Assembly: GCA_012521575.1 (NCBI GenBank)
Contig: JAAYMD010000024.1
Location: forward strand, 1-40,966
Source of the DNA: Mollicutes bacterium
GTDB lineage: Bacteria; Bacillota_I; Bacilli_A; RF39; UBA660
Length of the DNA: 40,966 nucleotides
Reading direction: 5' to 3'
Position 1 is the stretch's first letter; each line of letters begins with the position of its first letter. The notes beneath the pieces were generated by a model, which had not been told where the DNA came from, did no database searches, and saw only the letters and a list, made by a program, of their open reading frames with translations. Shown piece after piece: positions 39,386 through 40,966 of the stretch. The translations under genes and the position numbers were made by a program.

Positions 39386-40177
39386 ATGCCAAATGATGGA
39401 GTTATTAGAGGAATAGGAACAACAGGAAGCGCAAGAAAACTTATTGGATTAATGCTTGGTGCAAATGTGGTTAAAAATGAAATAACCGCTCATGCAGTAG
39501 GAACGCTTTCAAGATATCCAAATGTTCGTACAATTCTTGAGATAGGTGGTCAGGATTCCAAAATAATAATTATTGATAATGGAATAGTTGTTGATTATTC
39601 GATGAATACTTTATGTGCTGCAGGTACGGGAGCTTTCTTAACTAGTCAAGCTAAAAGATTAGGAATTCCAATCGAAAAATTTGGTGATATTGCTTTAAAA
39701 TCAAGTAATCCAGTTAAAATTGCTGCTCGTTGTACTGTTTTTGCTGAATCAGATTTGATTCATAAAGCACAAGTTGGATATTCTAAAGAAGATATTATTG
39801 CTGGTCTTTGTAAAAGTATTGTAATTAATTATTTAAATAATGTGGGACGAGGCAAAAAGATTTTAAAACCAGTTGTTTTTCAAGGGGGAGTTAGTAAAAA
39901 CAAAGGAGTTTTAAAATATTTTGAAGAAATTTTAAAAACCAAAATTATAGTTGATGAAAATGGTCATTTAATGGGAGCGCTCGGTGTGGCTATACTTGCT
40001 AAACAAAAAAATAAAGATAAATCAATTAATTTAGATATTAATAATATAAAGTTTGAAACTAAAGGAAGTGAATGTGATAAGTGTCCGAATAATTGTGAAA
40101 TTTTAAAAATATATAAAAACGATCAATTAATAGATGTTTGGGGAAATAGATGTCCAAAAGGAAGTGATAATATATAA
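39386..40177 (+). CDS. CoA-substrate-specific enzyme activase (BadF/BadG/BcrA/BcrD / HgdC-type ATPase); true N-terminus lies upstream of the tracked start
   Basis: NTLCAAGTGAFL and AARCTVFAESD cluster/ATPase motifs, plus a Cys-rich tail. The same frame is open from 39209 and encodes YYLGIDVGSISTKGVII (phosphate-1 motif), with no ATG/GTG/TTG before 39386. Confidence 0.75.
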   Translation: MPNDGVIRGIGTTGSARKLIGLMLGANVVKNEITAHAVGTLSRYPNVRTILEIGGQDSKIIIIDNGIVVDYSMNTLCAAGTGAFLTSQAKRLGIPIEKFGDIALKSSNPVKIAARCTVFAESDLIHKAQVGYSKEDIIAGLCKSIVINYLNNVGRGKKILKPVVFQGGVSKNKGVLKYFEEILKTKIIVDENGHLMGALGVAILAKQKNKDKSINLDINNIKFETKGSECDKCPNNCEILKIYKNDQLIDVWGNRCPKGSDNI

Positions 40178-40230
40178 TTGACAAAATCATCATTCTTTAG
40201 TATATTAACGGCAATGCAAGGGGGATTTAT

Positions 40231-40966
40231 ATGTTAAATTTAGAATATCAAAAAAAATTAATCGCTCATGCTTGCGGGCCATATAATAATTTAGTATATA
40301 CTAATTCTTTAGAAGCTTTTTTTAAAAATTATAATGAAGGTTTTAGACGTTTTGAAATAGATTTAATTTTAACTAAAGACAATAATTTAGTTTCTCTGCA
40401 CAGCCCTTTTGGCTATAATTTTGTAAAGCAAAAAAAAGAAGATAAAGTAACTTTGTCAAGTCTTTTTGCATCTTGTTATTATCTTCCTTTGATTAATAAT
40501 AATAAAATTTTTTTTACCGAAAGAAAAACAAATTAATCGTAAATATTATAAACATCAATTAACACCAATAACAGTTAATACCTTGGCAATTCTTTGTAAA
40601 AATCATCCTAATGTAGAATTTATTTTAGATACCAAACATACTAATCCCAAATTTTACATGACACAATATAATATTATAAGAGATGCTTTTGAAAAATTGG
40701 AATTGGAACTTAATCAATTAACTCCTCAGTTTTATAATATTGAAATGGCTAAGAAAATACTGAAAGAATTTCGATTTTTAAACAGTATTTATACTCTTTA
40801 TATGCAAATGCTAAATCAAAAGCAATTATTAAAAGAAATTGCCGAAAATAAAGATATTAAAGGTATAACCATTTCAAAAAAAAAGGTATTTAAAAAATCC
40901 AATATTAATAAAAAAGATACGTCAATTAGGTAAAGAAATAAATGTTCATACTATTTTTAATGAAGA
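40231..40966 (+). pseudogene. glycerophosphodiester phosphodiesterase (GDPD/PI-PLC-like) gene interrupted by two homopolymer frameshifts; runs off the window end
   Basis: LIAHACGPY...NSLEAF...GFRRFEIDLILTKDNNLVSLH is the N-terminal GDPD signature. The frame switches at T8 (40508-40515) and again at A9 (40876-40884). The third frame stays open to base 40966 (...RQLGKEINVHTIFNE). Confidence 0.55.

Overview
About 41 kb of core chromosome from a very A+T-rich, endospore-forming Firmicute. It uses the standard genetic code, and several blocks follow Bacillus-like gene order.

Gene order, left to right:
- a 330-350 nt G+C-rich block at the window edge, unlike everything else
- spoIIGA-sigE, two unknown ORFs, then sigG-ylmC
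- an ApbE / NusG-domain-II / Gx-transporter / FMN-binding-lipoprotein module
- lspA-rluD and a rhomboid protease
- lexA, divergent from a 49-aa membrane peptide with two LexA boxes between them
- tkt
- a three-module tandem repeat with its own promoter and terminator (candidate sRNA)
- sirA-like and yneF
- secE-nusG-rplK-rplA-(L10 leader)-rplJ-rplL-rpoB-rpoC
- a ~4.6 kb block between rpoC and rpsL: about 1 kb without long ORFs, then an NrtR-like Nudix regulator, a hybrid histidine kinase and an Hpt protein
- rpsL-rpsG-fusA-tuf
- a convergent FemAB-family gene
- an acyl-CoA-dehydratase-activase type cluster
- a GDPD-like gene

The last two carry frame disruptions at long homopolymers. I saw no rRNA, tRNA, transposase, integrase or cas genes.

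Most interesting items:
- the 66-nt-periodic triple repeat at 14.3 kb
- the phosphorelay block splitting the rpoBC / str-operon junction
- the SOS-controlled small peptide
- a Pro-to-Ile change at a streptomycin-phenotype site in S12
- the G+C-rich edge

All calls come from reading the sequence and the ORF track. No database search was run.
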